From Mobula hypostoma (taxonomy: Eukaryota), in the NCBI RefSeq assembly GCF_963921235.1, contig NC_086097.1, positions 157,606,001 to 157,670,000 of the forward strand: 64,000 bases of DNA, in the 5' to 3' direction. Positions within the stretch are counted from its first letter, which is position 1, and each line of letters opens with the position of its first letter. Both the position numbers and the translations under genes were made by a program. Positions 63,585 through 64,000 of the stretch are shown here, in pieces. The notes under the pieces are model-generated. The model was given only the letters and a program-made list of their open reading frames with translations, was not told the DNA's origin and searched no databases.

Positions 63585-64000
63585 ATTTTCTTATTATTTT
63601 TGGTGCATCTGGCTGTAATTGATAAGGCATGCGTTACTGCCCATCCCTAATTTCACTTGAGAAGATGGCAGTGGCTGACGGAGGAGGGCCATCTTCTTAA
63701 ACAGCTCCAAATTTCTAGAGGAATATCCACGTGATGGTGTTTGCTAGAGAGCTCCAGGATTTATGTACAGCAACAATAAAGAAACATTGTTATTGTTCCA
63801 TGTTGGAATGGTGTACGACCTGAAGGGAAGACTGAGATAGTGATGTCTGATGCACATGTATTTTATGACAGTAAATAACTGCAGTACATTTGTTACTGGC
63901 TCTGATAGTTTCCATTTTGTACCAGCGGTGGACAAAATTAATGTTAAAGGGAGTTGATGGGTTACCAAAGCAAGTAGACTGCTCAATCCTAAGTGTTGTT
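63585..64000 (-). mobile_element. 3' end of an old LINE, probably the same group as 23270-24990
   Basis: ttactgcccatccctaattt..cttgagaag..gagctccaggattt pattern. Confidence 0.55.

Noticed and set aside
1..64000. CRISPR arrays, rRNA, prokaryotic operons
   Set aside because: None seen; the sequence is eukaryotic intronic DNA.

Overview
Vertebrate, repeat-rich genomic DNA. The repeat repertoire (HE1/V-SINEs, CR1, Rex1, hammerhead-bearing Penelope repeats) suggests a cartilaginous fish, probably a ray; this is an inference. The whole window lies inside one minus-strand gene, the adhesion GPCR ADGRB1 (BAI1). I find seven in-phase GT-AG coding exons (62295-62101, 61115-61047, 49175-49067, 45760-45614, 36182-36107, 28285-28183, 26451-26408; 743 nt in total). 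They encode most of the GAIN domain up to the first half of the GPS motif and, by recalled exon sizes, correspond to human exons 11-17. No downstream GPS/TM1 exon was found, so 1-26407 appears to be part of the large 'intron 17'. The introns are filled with nested, mostly decayed retroelements: CR1, Rex1/Babar, L2, an R4/Dong-type element, Penelope-like elements, LTR pieces and SINEs. Most long ORFs in the track are pieces or antisense shadows of these. Best leads: (1) a candidate alternative first coding exon in intron 17 (MASLNQSE, phase-2 AAG|GTAAGT donor) that would give an N-terminally truncated receptor; (2) a CCAAT/GC-box/RFX promoter-like cluster followed by a clean 101-nt plus-strand intron, suggesting an antisense transcript; (3) short fold-back Penelope-derived insertions centred on a hammerhead motif; (4) a Dong-like element inserted in a TAA tract; (5) a locally templated ~60-bp copy at a CR1 5' junction; (6) a young CpG-rich non-autonomous element. 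Repeat boundaries are approximate unless a TSD is quoted.
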